A DNA stretch of 64,000 nucleotides from Raillietiella orientalis. Taxonomy: Eukaryota. The notes below the pieces were generated by a model. It was not told where the DNA came from and searched no databases. It saw only the letters and a program-made list of their open reading frames with translations. The stretch lies in NCBI GenBank assembly GCA_036172245.1, contig JAYWIR010000001.1, forward strand, positions 4,650,001 through 4,714,000, given 5' to 3'. Shown in pieces: positions 34,831 through 48,800 of this stretch; positions within the stretch are counted from its first letter, which is position 1; every line of letters begins with the position of its first letter. Position numbers and translations under genes: made by a program.

Positions 34831-36799
34831 ACGTGTCCAAAAAAAAAATGTCCTGTCTTTTCTCCCTCGCCTTGGCAGCATCAGGGAAGGGAGGAGAGCA
34901 TTCAGCAGATGACTGCTGACGTCCGGGACGTGGATGGCAGCAGAAGCTTTGATTGATCACGCGCTTGGAAAAGAAGAGGCCCTTGAATGGAGTGGAGGAA
35001 GATTTCCTGCGGAGTCTAGGCTCGTCGCCACCACCATTCTATCCAGTCTTATTCTTTTGCAGTGAAGCCAGAGGCTAGAAGCTTGCCTTCACCTGACCTT
35101 TCCCCTACACGCCCACCTCTCCAGCTGACTCCAGGTCAGCAGGCAAGAAGAGCTTACCCGTTTTCAGAGCGAAAGTGCAGGTGGGATAATCTTGGTTCGA
35201 TCTGATGGTTCCAGGAGGATCTTCCTCTCGAAAGCGGACCAAAGGACTCAAACTCCTCTCGGAAGATGACCTCTCCAGGGCCAGCAGGAACCTCGTTTCC
35301 ACTTCAGGTGCCTCTCGAGCCGAAGCGGCGGTTCACCCTTGAATGCGAGTGGACATTTCATTTCCAGGCAGACCGCCTTTCCTCTTCGCACTCTCCCTTC
35401 TCCAAAAGGAGGAAGAAGAAAAATGCAGCTGGGAAGGATGGGAGCGGATCGTCCTCCGGGAATGGGCATCCAGGAAGCCAGAGATCCCCTCGTGACGCCA
35501 GAGTTTCTTCCCGCAAGCTCACCCCAGTCCTACCGAGTAGGCGCGGGGCTCCGATACGACCCTTCCGTCAGGGGGCGTACCCGAACGTCCATATCTCTCC
35601 CCATCCGGCGTCTCCTTAGGCGAGGAGGATCCTGAGGACCTTTCCACATTACCAGAGCAACCCGCCTTCCCGATGTTTCCGTACCACAAGCGGATGCATC
35701 TCTGCTTGCTTCGCGGGTGCAGGAGGGAAGGAGAGAGGGGAGGTCGGGACGGGTACCCGAATTCCTCTCTCCTGCGAAAGGGATGGGAGCCAAGAAAGCT
35801 ATCAAGAAGTCGCGTGCCTCCGAGTTCTTTCGAATGGCGGCAAGAGGAGGAGGAGGAAGGGGGAGGGGACGGAAACAGCCGGAGGGCTTGCTCGTCCATT
35901 CTTGCAGCCCTCCCCAGCGACCGCGAGCGCATGCGCGTGCCCAAGGCCATTCCCCGTCCCTGCGTCGGAGGATGATGCGACCGGTGGTGCCACCACGCTC
36001 TCGCCCCATCCGCGCCATCAGAGGTTGCGGAGAAGGGCATGCACGGAGCACCCTGGTCCTGACTTTTCCCACGGACCCGATCCTCGGGAGGCGGGAAGCA
36101 GACGAAAGCGGGAGGGAGGGGGGGGAGGAAAAATAAACCGATGGGAGGGCGCCGTCCTCCCTCAGCACGCAGCGGCCGATGCGCCCCTGGGGGAAGATGC
36201 AACGTCCGCGTGCGAGGTTGTGCAGGGCGCCACACGCGGTCGAGGGATGGCCTTGCGACGGAGTGATGGGGGCCGCTGCTGCATCTGTCCTGTGGCGGCG
36301 TCGTCTGACACTACCCGCCGACGGCAGGAAGTCCTCGCGGAGAAAGGAAGGTGGATGCTGAGATCTCCTCTCTTGGAAGCTTCGGATGCGCTTGCTGTGC
36401 GAATAGCATCCGACGCGCCTTCTCGCCTCCTTCGCGAACTGCAGCCACGGAGTGATGGGGGGGACGCTTTCTTAGGGGTCGAAAGCAGCGTCCTCCCTCA
36501 CCGGATAGGAAATCTCGTCTTGCGGCGTTGGACTCCGGCCAGGTGGACTCCCCTCTTCTTACTCCCGAGAGGCAGAAACCTCTTTCCGGGGAGGCGCGCG
36601 CAGCTTCTCGACCACGATCGGAGCGCCCATTGGCAGTGCTTTGATTCTTCTCCTGGATCTCTGACCTCGCTTCTTCCTTCTTTGCTGTAGAATGGGGATG
36701 ACTACAGAGATGGTGCAACGATGAGAGCAAAAAGGAAGAGGACGACGAGGGTGCGCGTTGTGGGGGTGAAGGAGGAACAAAGGAGGGAACGGCTCATCT

Positions 36800-37150
36800 T
36801 CCCCATCACCCCCAAAGTGGCAGCCCAGGACTCCAGTACCTCCTGATGCTAGGCATCCCAGTTTTTTGGGTGGCAGGAAATCCCAGGGTAGCAGTGAGCT
36901 CCCCGCTGCTGAGCATCAGCTCCTCTCCGTCTCCGAGGCAACGTTTGCAGGGAAACCAGTAAGGAGGATTTTCTCGACTGGGCGCGCTCAAGATTTCCCG
37001 CGCTAGCGCTGGCTCTCTACAGGAAGGAATCGCACCAATCCTGGCGCTCCCTCTTCGAGAAAGTACAGGTAACCTGGAGCCGTTGCTGCGCCTGTTCCGT
37101 CTTTGCATGGCTGGATGGAGCGCAGCAATTCTGCAGTAGCAATGCAAGAA
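36800..37150 (-). mobile_element. LINE ORF2 zinc-knuckle fragment
   Basis: ORF 36806..37147 contains IGAIPSC...FPCKRCLGDGEE, resembling GxLP...CxxC...E. Confidence 0.35.
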
Positions 37151-37599
37151 ACGAGAAATTTCCCTGAAGGCATTCCCTTCACCTAGTCGTCCGCCTTACT
37201 CAGGGAGTGCGCCGACCAACAAGAACGGATAGCGGCAGTGCTAAAGGGGGCATGGACGTCCTCTGACGCGTAAGAGGTGACCGGTGTGTCTTTCACTGAG
37301 TGCGCAGCCCCGGAAGACTCTGAGGACGGCCACAGAAATAAGCACACAAAGTGACCTCAGGGGGTGCTATGGAAACGGAAAATATAGCGGCTGGGATCCG
37401 TTCCCGCGCCAGAGAGGAAGAAGAGCACGTCATGTGGACGAAAAACTCACCTGTCCAAGAGGTTCACAGTCTCCTGGAGCGATGAAAAAAGTCCCGTGGG
37501 CAGGAGCGGGAAGGCCTCCTTCTCGAACTTCCTCTCGAGAGATGGTCCGTAGAGGAGCACCTGCCGCAGCGCGCACACGGCTGCAGAGTTGCCGATTAC

Positions 37600-38430
37600 A
37601 GAACAGGAAGTCTTTCTGGTGGTTTGGGGCGGGACGGCCAAACCACCAGAAAGACATGCCCACCGCCATTCGGAAGAGTTACAGGTTGGCAGAGGAGGGG
37701 GCGCGAAGATGGCACAAGGAGGAATTCCGTAGGCACTGGTATCTTCCCCGCGAAGAACACAGCCGTGCCATCGACCATTTCCCAGAGCTAATGGTTGTGC
37801 TTGAGGGCAGCCGGTGTTCCTCACGCAAACCTGCTGTCCATTCTCAGGAGCGATCTGATGCATTTCCTGCTGGACGGAAACGCCATGGACTCAGCGTTCC
37901 CATCAACTGCTGCGCTATCGGACCAGCTGAGGAGAAGTGCCACGGGGACTGGAGGCCAGGCTTCTGTGAAAGCCAATTTCGCCACGTGGCAGATCCCCGC
38001 CACGTGCTCCTGCATGACACGAGGACTGGAAGGCAACAACACAATGCTCTCCGTCAGGGACCAATCAGGTTGAGGTTTGACGACGTTCCGTACGACTCAC
38101 GTATGCGTGGTCTGCATGCACACGTGGTGAAAACGGCACTTTGAGAAACGGTGTGACTCCGGCTCAAAAAACGACGTGCAGGAACCATTCACGAGCCTTG
38201 GCGATGCGCTCTGATAAGAAAAGGAGTAGACAGTGCATGCAGGATGGAGTCTTTCAGAGGAACCAGCTGTGGGGAAGCTTGGATCACGGGCAAAGGCGCT
38301 CGCCCAACTGCTTTTTAAACGAGTAGGCGCTTGGTGGGAGGCGGCATGGCTTGGGACACACTGTGGGGCATCGGGTATGAAGTCCTGCTGGCGATGCACG
38401 CGTTCTCCTGTACATAATATGTGTATATGA
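37600..38430 (+). pseudogene. decayed PIF/Harbinger-type DDE transposase (DDE_Tnp_4-like)
   Basis: Collinear motifs across frameshifts: SFWW, EEFRRHW, PINCCAI (PNCCGAID), NNTML..RDQSG/LRFDDV (VDxxxRFxDV), LGDAL (GDSxY), RAKALAQLLFKRVGAWW (AExxFxxLKxRW) and VHNMCI (LHNxxI). Confidence 0.6.
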
Positions 38431-39614
38431 CAACAGAAGTGTTCTGACCTGATCTCACGTGGTGGCAGGACCTCAAAACTTTCCTTTTTCAACAGAGAAC
38501 AAGTTGTGGTCTTGCTTCCTTCCAAACCACCTCCTCCAGCACCGTTTGCTCCTCCTCCACGCAAGGGGAGCGCTCTCGCGGATGATGCAAGACCTTCGTC
38601 AGAAGAAGATCCAAGAAGCCCTGAAGGCCACGAATTCAAGAGGCCACGAATTTCCCGAGAGATGGCGAAGAGAGAATGAAGTGCAACGACAGATGGCCCC
38701 GAAGGAGGGCCTTTACAGAGTCTTTGCCGATGACCACGGGCAGAAATCAGGTGCCTGAGCAAGAACGCTCGGATGAAGGAAGAGCCACAGCGCCGTTCTT
38801 GGGCAACGGGGCATCAAAGAGGAGGCACGGGAGTCAGTCTCGAGGAAGGTCCGTCTGGAGCGGCTGCATGAAAATTCCAAGAATTCGAGGATTGTCCGAG
38901 AGGGAGCACGCAAAAGCCGCCAGCTCCGAGACAAAAGGGCGAGGTGCGTGTCGAGGCCGGAGAAGAAGTCGCTGTCTCACCTTCGACCTTGAGCACCCGG
39001 AGTTGCTTGTGCAGTTTTAATTTGGTCTCGCTTCGCTTGCGATTGGTCAGTTCCGGCAGAGCGGCAAATCGAGGGGACGTTCAAAAAGGCGATGCCGAAG
39101 ACAATAGATGTCGTCTGACGAGGATTTCCGGGTTCTGGAATTCCCTCCTCCTCCTCCTTCTCGGAGACCCGTTCCAGGCTGCGAAACGGGCGATTTCGCT
39201 TTTTCCCCTCCTTGCGCCGGGGGACAAGGACGGCATCGGACGACAGTCCTGCGCGTTGCTGCGCACCGCGAGGGAAGTCGCCGAGGGAGGAGCTTCTGCA
39301 TAGCGCTGCTGCTGCTGGGGGATCTCGGAGATTCCAGCAGTTGACAGACGAAGAACGCCGGCCGCTGCTTCTTCCATTCCTTCATGACGGCCGCACGTTT
39401 GGCACGCAGCCTCTTCTGCGTCCAGCTCTTCCGCTAGAGGGCACCGAGACATCTCTCGGTCGCAGGGGATCTCCTGTGCTAGTCGTCCATCGTTCGAGAG
39501 GAAAGAACCTAAGGACAATCGCACTCATCTTGCCTTTCTGGGACTCAGAACACAGGGTCTGAGAGGGAAGAATGGGTTCCGAGACGGACGCCGGCAACAT
39601 CGGACACACTTTCG

Positions 39615-40400
39615 ACTGATCCGGGTAAACACCTCCCTCCCCTCTCCTCCACCAAAAAAAAAGAAAACAAGAAAAAATGAAGATAAAAATAGAGAAATGA
39701 AAGTGCACGGTCCAGGATGTTCATCAACTGTTCTTCCCCTTCCCGATCGAACTTTGATCGCACCGAGCCCTAGCCAGCGAATGCAGTGTGCATGCGTGCA
39801 ATCGAAAGCCAAGAATGAACTTCCTCCTTGCTCAAGGCAAGCAAGAGAATGTGCGAAAAAGAAGAAAAAGTTTACCTTTCAAGGAAGAGAAGAAGTGGGG
39901 GAAGGGGGGGACCATGAGGTCGCAAAGGGGAGTGGGTGGGCGCTCCGGAGCCTGCAGCGCCGGCAATAGGATCCAGTGCGATCTTCCCCTTTTCCTCCTT
40001 CCAAGGACACGAGTTAGGGGAGTGAATTCCTCCTCTTCGAGTCACGTGCGGACGAGTGGGCAAGAATCTCTTTGGTTGGCCTAATCCTGACCATCGGCGG
40101 TGGGGGTTCGCCTGGTTTCCTTCGTCCCTCGTGGGAAGCGGAGGCCACATCGCCAGTGCGGTGAGGTGCCCTCTGGCACGGTTATTACTCTGGCGTGGAA
40201 ACAAATATGGGTTTGCCGCGGATCTGCCTTCGAAACCATCTCCAGGGAGTGGATCCACCAGAGGCGTTGGCTCTCTGCACTTGCTGGTGCTCCTGTCTGT
40301 AGGTGCTTCCGGAGTCTCCGTCGCTCGCCGCGCGGCGCAGCCTGCGCTCGCTCCTCTTGGAGCTCATGCAAAACGTCCTTCGCTCCCTTAGGGTTTCCTT
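39615..40400 (-). mobile_element. LINE 3' region (CCIR-related), decayed
   Basis: Minus-strand AHCIRW peptide (ORF 39525..39812), followed by a UTR-like tract that is pyrimidine-rich on the minus strand (39650-39705). The 5' boundary is uncertain. Confidence 0.4.
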
Positions 40401-41620
40401 TATGCACCCTGGTTCCACCGGCTACATTCTGTGCGGTGGGTCTGAGGGGGTCTTTCCTTTACCTCCTTAGACCCCTTGCACCCCGATCCATGGCCTGATC
40501 GCTGCGAGCGAGGGATGAGCTTCTTGGAAGTGAGGCGGACCTGCGGGCGACGAGGGACGAGGCGTGTCACTCTCGAGATTTCAGACCTCCTCGCTCCTCC
40601 TACTCTCCCCTCTCCTCACGGCATCCAAAGGGGTCACCCATCCACGGCACAGGTTCGCTGCTCTTCTCCGCTGAGGCCTTTCGAGGTGGTGCGCTGAATT
40701 CGCCTTGTCCTTCGAGCAGCGTCTACGAGAGCTCTCGGCGTCCGGAACTTGTGACGTCATCCTGCCGCCTCCTGTGAGCTCCCGCTCTAGGACTATCTCA
40801 CGCATGCGCCGCCGCGAGTGCTCGCGAAGGTTATCCTCGATTTTGTTTTTGTTTTTCTTTTTCCCTTTCCTTTCCGTTTCCCCCTCAATGGTACCGCGGC
40901 CGCCTCCCAGTCTCCCGCTAACTTCGCGAGGGCTCCGTCGATGCTTCTCGGCAGTTGCCATGGTTTCTCACAGGGGGGAGGATGGGAAGAACCGAGAGGG
41001 AATTCCAGGTCGCCCGCAAGTCGGTCCTCAGGAGCCTCCGGAAGCTCCCCTCCTCCGTCGCTGCTCTTCCATGCTGGAAGTATGACGTCAAAGAAGAAGC
41101 AACCACGGCTTCGCGCTTGGGGAGACCGGAAGCGGGCGGTCGCAAGGTCGCTGGAATGAGCGACAAGGTGTGCGTGTGCTTGAAGGATCACTGCGCAGCT
41201 TCCTATTAGAGAGGGCAGTTTCGTGCTGTCTTCTGGGGACCTCCGGCCAATCTTTTTTTTGACTTTCCCTTTCACGATGAGGGGATGGAGCGGACCCTGA
41301 TGTCTTTTTACTTTTCGTGATAGGGAATTGGCTCGAGGGTTTTCGTGAAGGCGCCAGGCGCCTCTCTGTTTACTCCGTTTTCGCTGCATCCCCCGAAACT
41401 TCGTGCCCTTGGGCTAGGTCGGGATTGTTTCACCAATTAGGATGCAACAAGGTCCCGAGGTTTCCTCTTCAGGCATCCCCACCCGCAGACCCCCAGCTTC
41501 GTCCGCGCGCCCTAATTTGCAGACACCCAGAGCACTCCAAACGTGGAAATTTCCCTCGCTCCTTCCCAGTGATCTTTCGAGATTTTAGTCAGCAGTTCTC
41601 CCACCAGTCGCCATGGAGGC

Positions 41621-41622
<2 letters not shown>

Positions 41623-41654
<32 letters not shown>
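41623..41654. repeat. (GA)16 microsatellite
   Basis: Perfect dinucleotide run. Confidence 0.95.
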
Positions 41655-41656
<2 letters not shown>

Positions 41657-42204
41657 TGCTGCTCAGCTGCATAACTCCGAGCGTGCTAGAACGGTGGAAC
41701 CCCCGACCCGGCGTCTCAAGGGTGACCTCGCTGGACTGCCGCTGCTTCCGGTTCCCACGTCACCCGCAGGCGCCACCCAAACGCACACGCGCTGCAGTTC
41801 CGTTCTCGAGGAGCGAAGGAGAGAGGAAAAGGTCCTTTCTTTCCCTACGAACCCACCTCCCACTCTGGATGTTTCTCCCTAATGTTCTGTCATCCTCTCG
41901 CATCTCCTTGCCCTTCTTTCCTGCCTCCCGTGGTCCCCGTCGGATGATGCGAAGCACCGGCGAGAAGTAGAACGTGCAGTGGTCCAGTGACAGGAAAGTC
42001 TAACACCCCTTGAGGAGGAGCTCCTGGGCAAGCTCTTGCGCACCAACCGCATCCCCATCTCCACTGCCTCCCCCCTTCCCGCCTTGCGCGCATGTGCCTC
42101 GTGCAGCAGCCGAAACGAATGCCTCCACCCTCTCCCTCATTCGGTCCCGACTACGGGAGTTCAGACTTCCTGGCTCTCCAAGAAGAACAGCTACTGGGAA
42201 GCGC

Positions 42205-42392
42205 CACAGAGGGATACGCTCCTGAAATTTCATTTCCGGAGGGAATCCGCAAGGAAACCGCCCCTTGTATCCTTCTCTGGAGAGAACCCCGAAGGGACGC
42301 TTACGAATTTTCTCAGAAGGGCGCTCCCCGAAGGGAGGAGAGCGCTTCTGGCACTCTGGAGAGGCAACCCCCCGAGGGGGGTATCATCCAGC
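42205..42392 (-). mobile_element. SINE internal fragment (copy 6)
   Basis: GAGAACCCCGAAGG...CACTCTGGAGAGGCAACC...CCAGCT matches the reverse complement of the SINE body. Confidence 0.8.
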
Positions 42393-43064
42393 TACACGGA
42401 ACGGCTACAAGACTATAAAAGGGTCCAAAGGTTCATGCCACGCCGTCTAAGCACCTGGAGCAGATAGGACGGTATGCCCCTGCTCTGGTTCGACCTCTGA
42501 TGACCTCTTCACAAAGCTCCACTGAGGCTCAGAGGGGACCCAGTCGAAGGCGATCTCGATTCCTTGTGTCTTCCGCGTAGCTGAAGCCGAAGGCAAAGAA
42601 GCTTCTGCACGCACGTGCGCTGGCGACGCACCGGAAACGGAACAAAAGAGGAAGCTTTCTGAAGTGAGGCGAGGATGAGGTGGTTTTCAACGTCCATCAT
42701 CTGGAGAGCGCAACAGGTACAATCCGAGCGGGTGCAGGAGCTAGAGAGTGCTGCTAAAAAAAAAGTAGATGAAAGACGCTGCACCAGGAGTCAAGAGTTG
42801 CGGTAACTGAGAAGAGCGGAAGATAGCCAGAGAGGATGCTTCCTGCCTTCCCCACTTCCGGGTCTTCTCTTGCCGAGAGACCTGAGAAACAGGACCTTAG
42901 AGTGGGTAGCGCAGATTGCTGTGGGGACGAGGAAAATCAAAGGGAGTAGCACAACTGGGTGTTCAGGTTAAACGATGGAATGGAGATTCTCCTCTCAAAG
43001 TCAACCATAAGATGATCTGCTTGATGTTCATCAGTGGAACCCCAAGAACAAGCAAGAACAAAAG

Positions 43065-43495
43065 GAAACCTCTCCTTCTCATTCCCCCTCTGAAGAGAAT
43101 CCCGAAGGAAGCAGAGCGCTCCTTATACTCTGAAGAGGCGTTCCCCGAGGGGGTACCAACCAGCTCCATGGTAAGCGATGGAGGGTTCTCCCCTCCGAGG
43201 GGAAGGGGATAGCTCCATGGTTACAACCGGAGGCATCGAATTCCGAAGGGAGCCGAGACTCTTTGGTTTCTGGAAGGACCCCGGAAGGTCAACTTCCAAT
43301 CCCTGCCAGTCAGTGGGGACATCCGGCTTCCACCAGTGCCTAACCCAAAGCCTACAGGCCAACGAGCGTCGCCTTGCAGGAGAGACACGAAGCCCAGGAC
43401 GCACCCCCCGTTTCTCGGCGTGGACCCCTCACGTGGGGATTCGAACCCAAAATGCTCGGTGCCACGCGTGCGGTGACCGCAGTCGCACGGCCGCT
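43065..43495 (-). mobile_element. SINE 5' half (copy 7)
   Basis: GGATTCGAACC (rc B box) at ~43437-43447 and GGTCAACTTCCAATCCC core at ~43287. Confidence 0.85.
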
Positions 43496-45711
43496 GAGAG
43501 CGCTTCGTCGTGATGGCGACGCAATGGGTCTTCCAGAGGAGGAGAGATAGGAGCCCCAGTTTCCCAGCGGAAACAAATCCAGGGAGGCGGTGGCGGCGGA
43601 TTGAACTTTCAGGACTAGGTGAGGAATCCGCTCTCTTCGGAGGGGAAGCTTCGGATTCCGGAGCTGGAGATCGGCGTCTGATCCAGTAGGGAACACGAAA
43701 GAAGGGCTGCCCCCATCGGCATGAGCTTCTGAGCCGAGGTTTCCGGCAGGAGGGCATTTGCGACCCACTTCTGGCGGTTCATCCGAGAGGTGCTCCTCAG
43801 GGAGCTTCCACGGCTTCTCCGAGATCCGTTGCGGAGCAACAGGTGCCGGGGGAGGAGGAGGGGAAGTCCCTTCTCTGATCTGCCGCGTTGATGTTCGGGA
43901 TGGATCTCCGGTCGCTGGGATGGAATGCGCGCATCTTCCGATGAAACGGACTCGTTCCCAGCCATGGGAGCTGGGAAAGGGGGTGAGAGAGGGGGAGAAA
44001 CGGATTGACTGCACGGCATCCTTAGCTACCGGAGGAAGCCGAGCAGCGACCAGACTGGAGATCCCTGAGGCAAAAGTTTCCGGCCTGGTTGTGTGATCGC
44101 AATCGCCAAAGAACAGTCCTCGCCACGAATCTCCTCTCGGCAGGGGCGTCGCCTGAGGGCCTACGCGTATCAGCCACCGTGGAGCAGCGGTCTCGGTACC
44201 TCCCTCACAGGGGGAGGGTTTGGTGTGCAGTCCCCGGACAGCAGTCGTCCGCCTCCAAGCCTGCAGACGATCGACACGGAGAAGAAGGAACACTTCTTTC
44301 CCTCCGCCCGAGGGTCGTCGGGTCCCTCGTCCTGCTTTCTCGGTTTCGTCGCAACGCAGAGCTGCGTCTGGTAGTATGTCAGCCAGTGTGTCCATTCTCC
44401 GCGAAGCCCACCTCTGCGGGACGGGGAAAGGCCCTGGAACGCTGAGTTTCCTAGGCAGATCCAGAGGAGGTGGTGACTGTCGTGCAAGAGACCCGACCTA
44501 GGGGCGCGACGCGCTCACTGCAGATCTCCCCGCAGCCACACGGTGCGCGAGCCTCCTCCTCCTCCGAGACCATGTGCAGGGATTCGTTCGGCGTTCCTCC
44601 GGGTGGGAGGTTGCACATTGGACGACCGGGGGTGGTGGTGCACTGGCGCCGTCTTGTGCCGTAGCACCGGGTCATAATACCTCCTGTGGCAAGCTGGGGG
44701 TATCCTGACCTCCGTCTAGGAGCAGCCGCCCTGGGCGACAGCCTGCTCTTTCCAGACAGAGGGCAACAGGCGATGGCGATACTCCTGCCTCCTGATGGAG
44801 ACTTCACGGGCGCCCTGGAGATGGCCACTTTCTCGCTTTGAGGGAGGGTGGGAAGAAGACGTGGCCGCACTGCACCACCCTCCACCTTCTCTGCGCAGCC
44901 GCATGAGAAGACGCGCGCGGACAAGAGCTCCTCGGCCTGGTTTTTCCAGCTGCAGCTGACTTCAGCGCCTCTTCCAGGAGGAGGGCACGGCCCCTCGAGC
45001 GGCTGACGGGACCTCATCGAGAGAGACCCTGCGGCGCATGCTCATGACCTCGATGTGCTGTGCCTAATGGACGGTTTGGAAGGAGTGCCGCTCCTAAACC
45101 GAAAGTAACGATATCCGAGGAGGGAGGAGCCAGTTCGGGATATGCAAGCATCACGCCGGTGACCCAGGCGACGGATGGGCTGCATCCGCTGGGGTAACCT
45201 CCCGGCTGCTATGCCTCTTCAAGGGCCTGGTGCGCGCTGTGGGAAACGCCATGTGCCTGGAGGAGAGAGAGACTACTCAGACGCCATCCTACTGGAGAGG
45301 ATACTGGCGAACTTGGAGCCTGATGACCCTGGAAGCCGAAGACCATGTGTGGTCCGTCCGCGTGCGACCCATCCAGGACTCTACCAGTCGCCTTGACGCC
45401 CCTCCCGATGGCCACGATCCCGGAGTTCCTCTGCCAGCTGACCTTCTACTTTCAAAAGATCTTCCGGGGTCTCGAGATCTTCCAGGGCGGGACCACCGTC
45501 TGGCCCCCTTCTCCAGGCTTTTAGGACAGCGTGAAGCCCATCAGGGACTTCTGCTTCTGAGCTCAATGAAAAAGGAGGGACAAGCGATGTCCGTGACGTC
45601 AAAAGAGACGGGAGCGTCAAAAAAGACGTCAGAGCGGCGTGGTGGAAGAAAAACAACAACAACAAAAAAAGAGGTAAATCGGATGTGTTATTCCTCCAGG
45701 TTACGCCGCCA

Positions 45712-45800
45712 TCGTCACCATCATCGTAATCTTCGCCTCCTTCTCTGGAACCGTCGTCATCGTCATCATCTTCATCCTCGTCGTCGTTATCGTCGTAGTC
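45712..45800. repeat. (TCA/TCG)n trinucleotide low-complexity tract
   Basis: Imperfect TCR runs. Confidence 0.75.
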
Positions 45801-48800
45801 ATGGGGATTGTCCTCTGCCATTCCCACAGCCACCGCCAGTGCCGCCGTTGCTGGCGACGCCATCCTCATCCGTGCTTCGGGACGGAGGCTCACCACCCAG
45901 AATCGCCTCGGGAACCCTGCGGGCCCTTCGCCGCTACGCGCCGCTAGTTGCCAGGTGGCGATGTGATTGCTCCAGGATGTGACCAGGGTGCGGAGGAAGG
46001 AGATGAGGTTTTGGTGTCCCCCCCGTTCGGACGATCCTCATTCCTGCTTGCCGCGGGCACTCACGGGAGATGCGCCGCGTAGGGACCGGGAGGAAGCACA
46101 GAATGGGGCGCGGTTCCTTTCCTCTACTTAAGACGGAAGCTCCGCCAACCCTCAGGGGTTCTTCCTAGATCTCTCGCGCTGTTCGGCGTGATAGCTATGA
46201 GTGGACCGTGAGAGCTCTGGGCAGGGAGGAGATAGCACAGGAATGGGGGACCCCCTAGTTTTAACCCACGCAAAGCTGGAGGGGTCATCGGCAGGGGGGA
46301 AAGCGGAACGGGAGCATGGTTGGCTTCCTCGCCTGCCAAACCTCCGTGTTCCCTTCCTCCTCCTCCCACTAGACCGATCTGCTCCCGCCAACACGCGCGG
46401 TAACTTCTCGGGCTGAGATCCGAGCGCCCCATGCGAGGGAAGCGGGAACCTCCGCAGGGTTCATCTCCCGGTCTTCCGACGCGACTTCGGATCCAAATCT
46501 GGGGCCTCGCCCGGTACATCTCCCACTCTTCGATCTCTATGGCTATTTCTAACTCCCGGAAATTCTTTCTGATCGTCCGTTCCTTCGGCGTCTCTCGTGT
46601 TTTTCTTTCTTTTCGGGGTGCAGCATCTTCCTAAGGAGTGCACGGGAACCGCAGCTTTCCCGTATGAAAGGAGGAGGTGCGGCCTGAAGCTGAGAAAGCC
46701 TCCATCGGCTCCAATCGCTTCCTCCGCGCAGGGCGGAAGATCCGGATGCGTCCTCTTCTGTGGTATTCTCTCACCCGGTCTCCAGGAAGGAGTTTGGGGA
46801 TGCGACGGGCGAGGAGGCGTTCCCGACGTGGGGATCGAGAGCTCTGCGCCCGGACCCGCCAGGGAATGACCAGAAGGAAGGGTCCATCCAAGACGCCGCG
46901 GCATGATCCCTTTTCCCGCATCCCTCCTTTTCAGGGATTCTTTGCTTCGCCGACGACGGGATGAGGAAATTGGGCGCTCCGTTCCTGGAGACGGAAGCGG
47001 CCGGTGCACCCGGCGGGCCGAGCGGCGAGAGTCCTCTACCTCGCATCCAGCACGGAGAAGTCCTGTCCCAACGGGATTCCTGGAATCCGAAAGCCATTCT
47101 CTTCTTCCCTTCCTCTTCCGGTCACTTCCCTCTTTGCGCCCTGCGCCCTTGTAGGTACCGAGAGAGGCGGCCCAAGCGCCTCCAGCAGTCTCCGAAGCTG
47201 CTGGAAGGGGAGCATTGCCCGCGATAGAACAACAAGAGTTGTTGGGGAAGGGATGGATTCCCCGTTCCTGTCCTGGCAGCTCGCGAAGCTGTGGAGGAGT
47301 CTCCAGAGGTGGCGCCTGGCACGGGTCGCGCGCACTTCGGAACGCGCGTCCACCTGGAGCTGGTGCAACGCGCAGTCGAGCCCTTGTCTTCGAGCCGGGC
47401 TCTCGTTCCTAAATCCTAGAGACGGAGGGTTCAGATATTCCCCCTTCGGGATTCGGGAAGAGCATCCTGCTCAGCGCCACGGGCTGCGAAAACAGGCACG
47501 TGTAAGGAGTTCTCTGAGCGGGAGGAGGAGACCCCTGCTACTGAGTCCTGGGCAAGGGACGCGGACTCCAGAGGGAGAGGGAACGGAACTCTCGTCCCTG
47601 AGAAGCCGCGAGCACGCATCTCGGCCCCTGGGTGGGGGGAAGGTCAAGAAGACCCATTTCCCGCGGAAGTGAAGAGCAAGTGCTCTTGAGAAGGCTATCG
47701 CCAGCGGCGGTCAGGGTCAAGTGAACCCTCGGTATTTTGCACCTACTCTTTTCTGAAGGACAGGGCATCCTCCCTTCACGTCCTGACGAGGTAGAGGAGT
47801 CGAAAGGCGCGGGACGGCATGGGGGGCAAAGCAATGGACGGAAGGTCGATGTGCGTTCCTGACCCGTGGGGACTGAGGAGACTTCCGGCACCTCTCCTTT
47901 TTCTCCCTTCACGCACAGCTCATGGAAGGCTCATGCATGGTGCACTCATGACCTTTGCTGAGGGCAAATGTGTGAATAAGAGCCTTATTCGAGGCCTCTG
48001 TGGAGTCATCCATGGTGTCCTCGTGGAACGGCGCGCGCCTTCCAGGAATGTTTTCCTCTGTCCTTGAGCGGGTTCCCAAACGAGTGCGAGTGGAGTAGGG
48101 ATGCTGCAGAAGTAGCGACTCTTGAGCGCCTTGCAAGGTGACGAGCGCCTCCGAAGTTCCCTCCAGCGCAAAGGCGGCTTCTACTCCCGGAGAGCGTTTG
48201 CTGCCTGTTTCTGCGAGCCGAACCACGAACGCTATCTCCTGAGGCAGAATTACCGGTGTCTCCCATGTCCCCGAAAAAGAGAGAGGTAGGTCCAGTGGAT
48301 ATCTCCTTCAAAACTTGCCGTGGGAAAGAGGAAGTGGATCGAGAGGAAAGCTGGGGATGGAGAGAGGGAGTCTATGCTAGCTAAGTCGCAGACTGGGACA
48401 ACTGTGAGGCGTTTTAGGAGACGCGGATGCATCGCTGACCCACCTCGACCACTCCTGAAGGGAAGAGTCTGCTCTCACCTGGAAACCCGTCAGTGGACGT
48501 GTCGATGCTCCCTCCGGGGCGTTTGCTCCCAGGTCGCTCCCTTTCACTCGCCGACTGCCCCAGGATCGTGACAGCTTCGGCCCCACTTCTGGAAGTCCTT
48601 CTGCGGACTCCGAACGAGTCAGGGTCGTCATCGTTCTCTCCAACATCGAGGTCAGAGGCGTCCTTGGCCTCGGTGGTCGAGGCGCCCCCGGCCAAGGTGC
48701 CCGCTCCTCCTCACGTGCCACCGATTCAGAACAGGGAGATTCACCCCTTCCCGGAAGTGGGATGGCGAGACCGGCAACAAGGGGTTCTGTGTGCGTGGAG

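Noticed and set aside
43352..44395. Longest ORF (347 aa, minus) as a real gene
   Set aside because: It runs into SINE copy 7, has the composition of random GC-rich sequence and shows no recognisable domain. It may be a decayed LINE ORF1, but this is unsupported.
45381..45896. Acidic poly-Asp protein
   Set aside because: Explained by a TCA/TCG trinucleotide tract.
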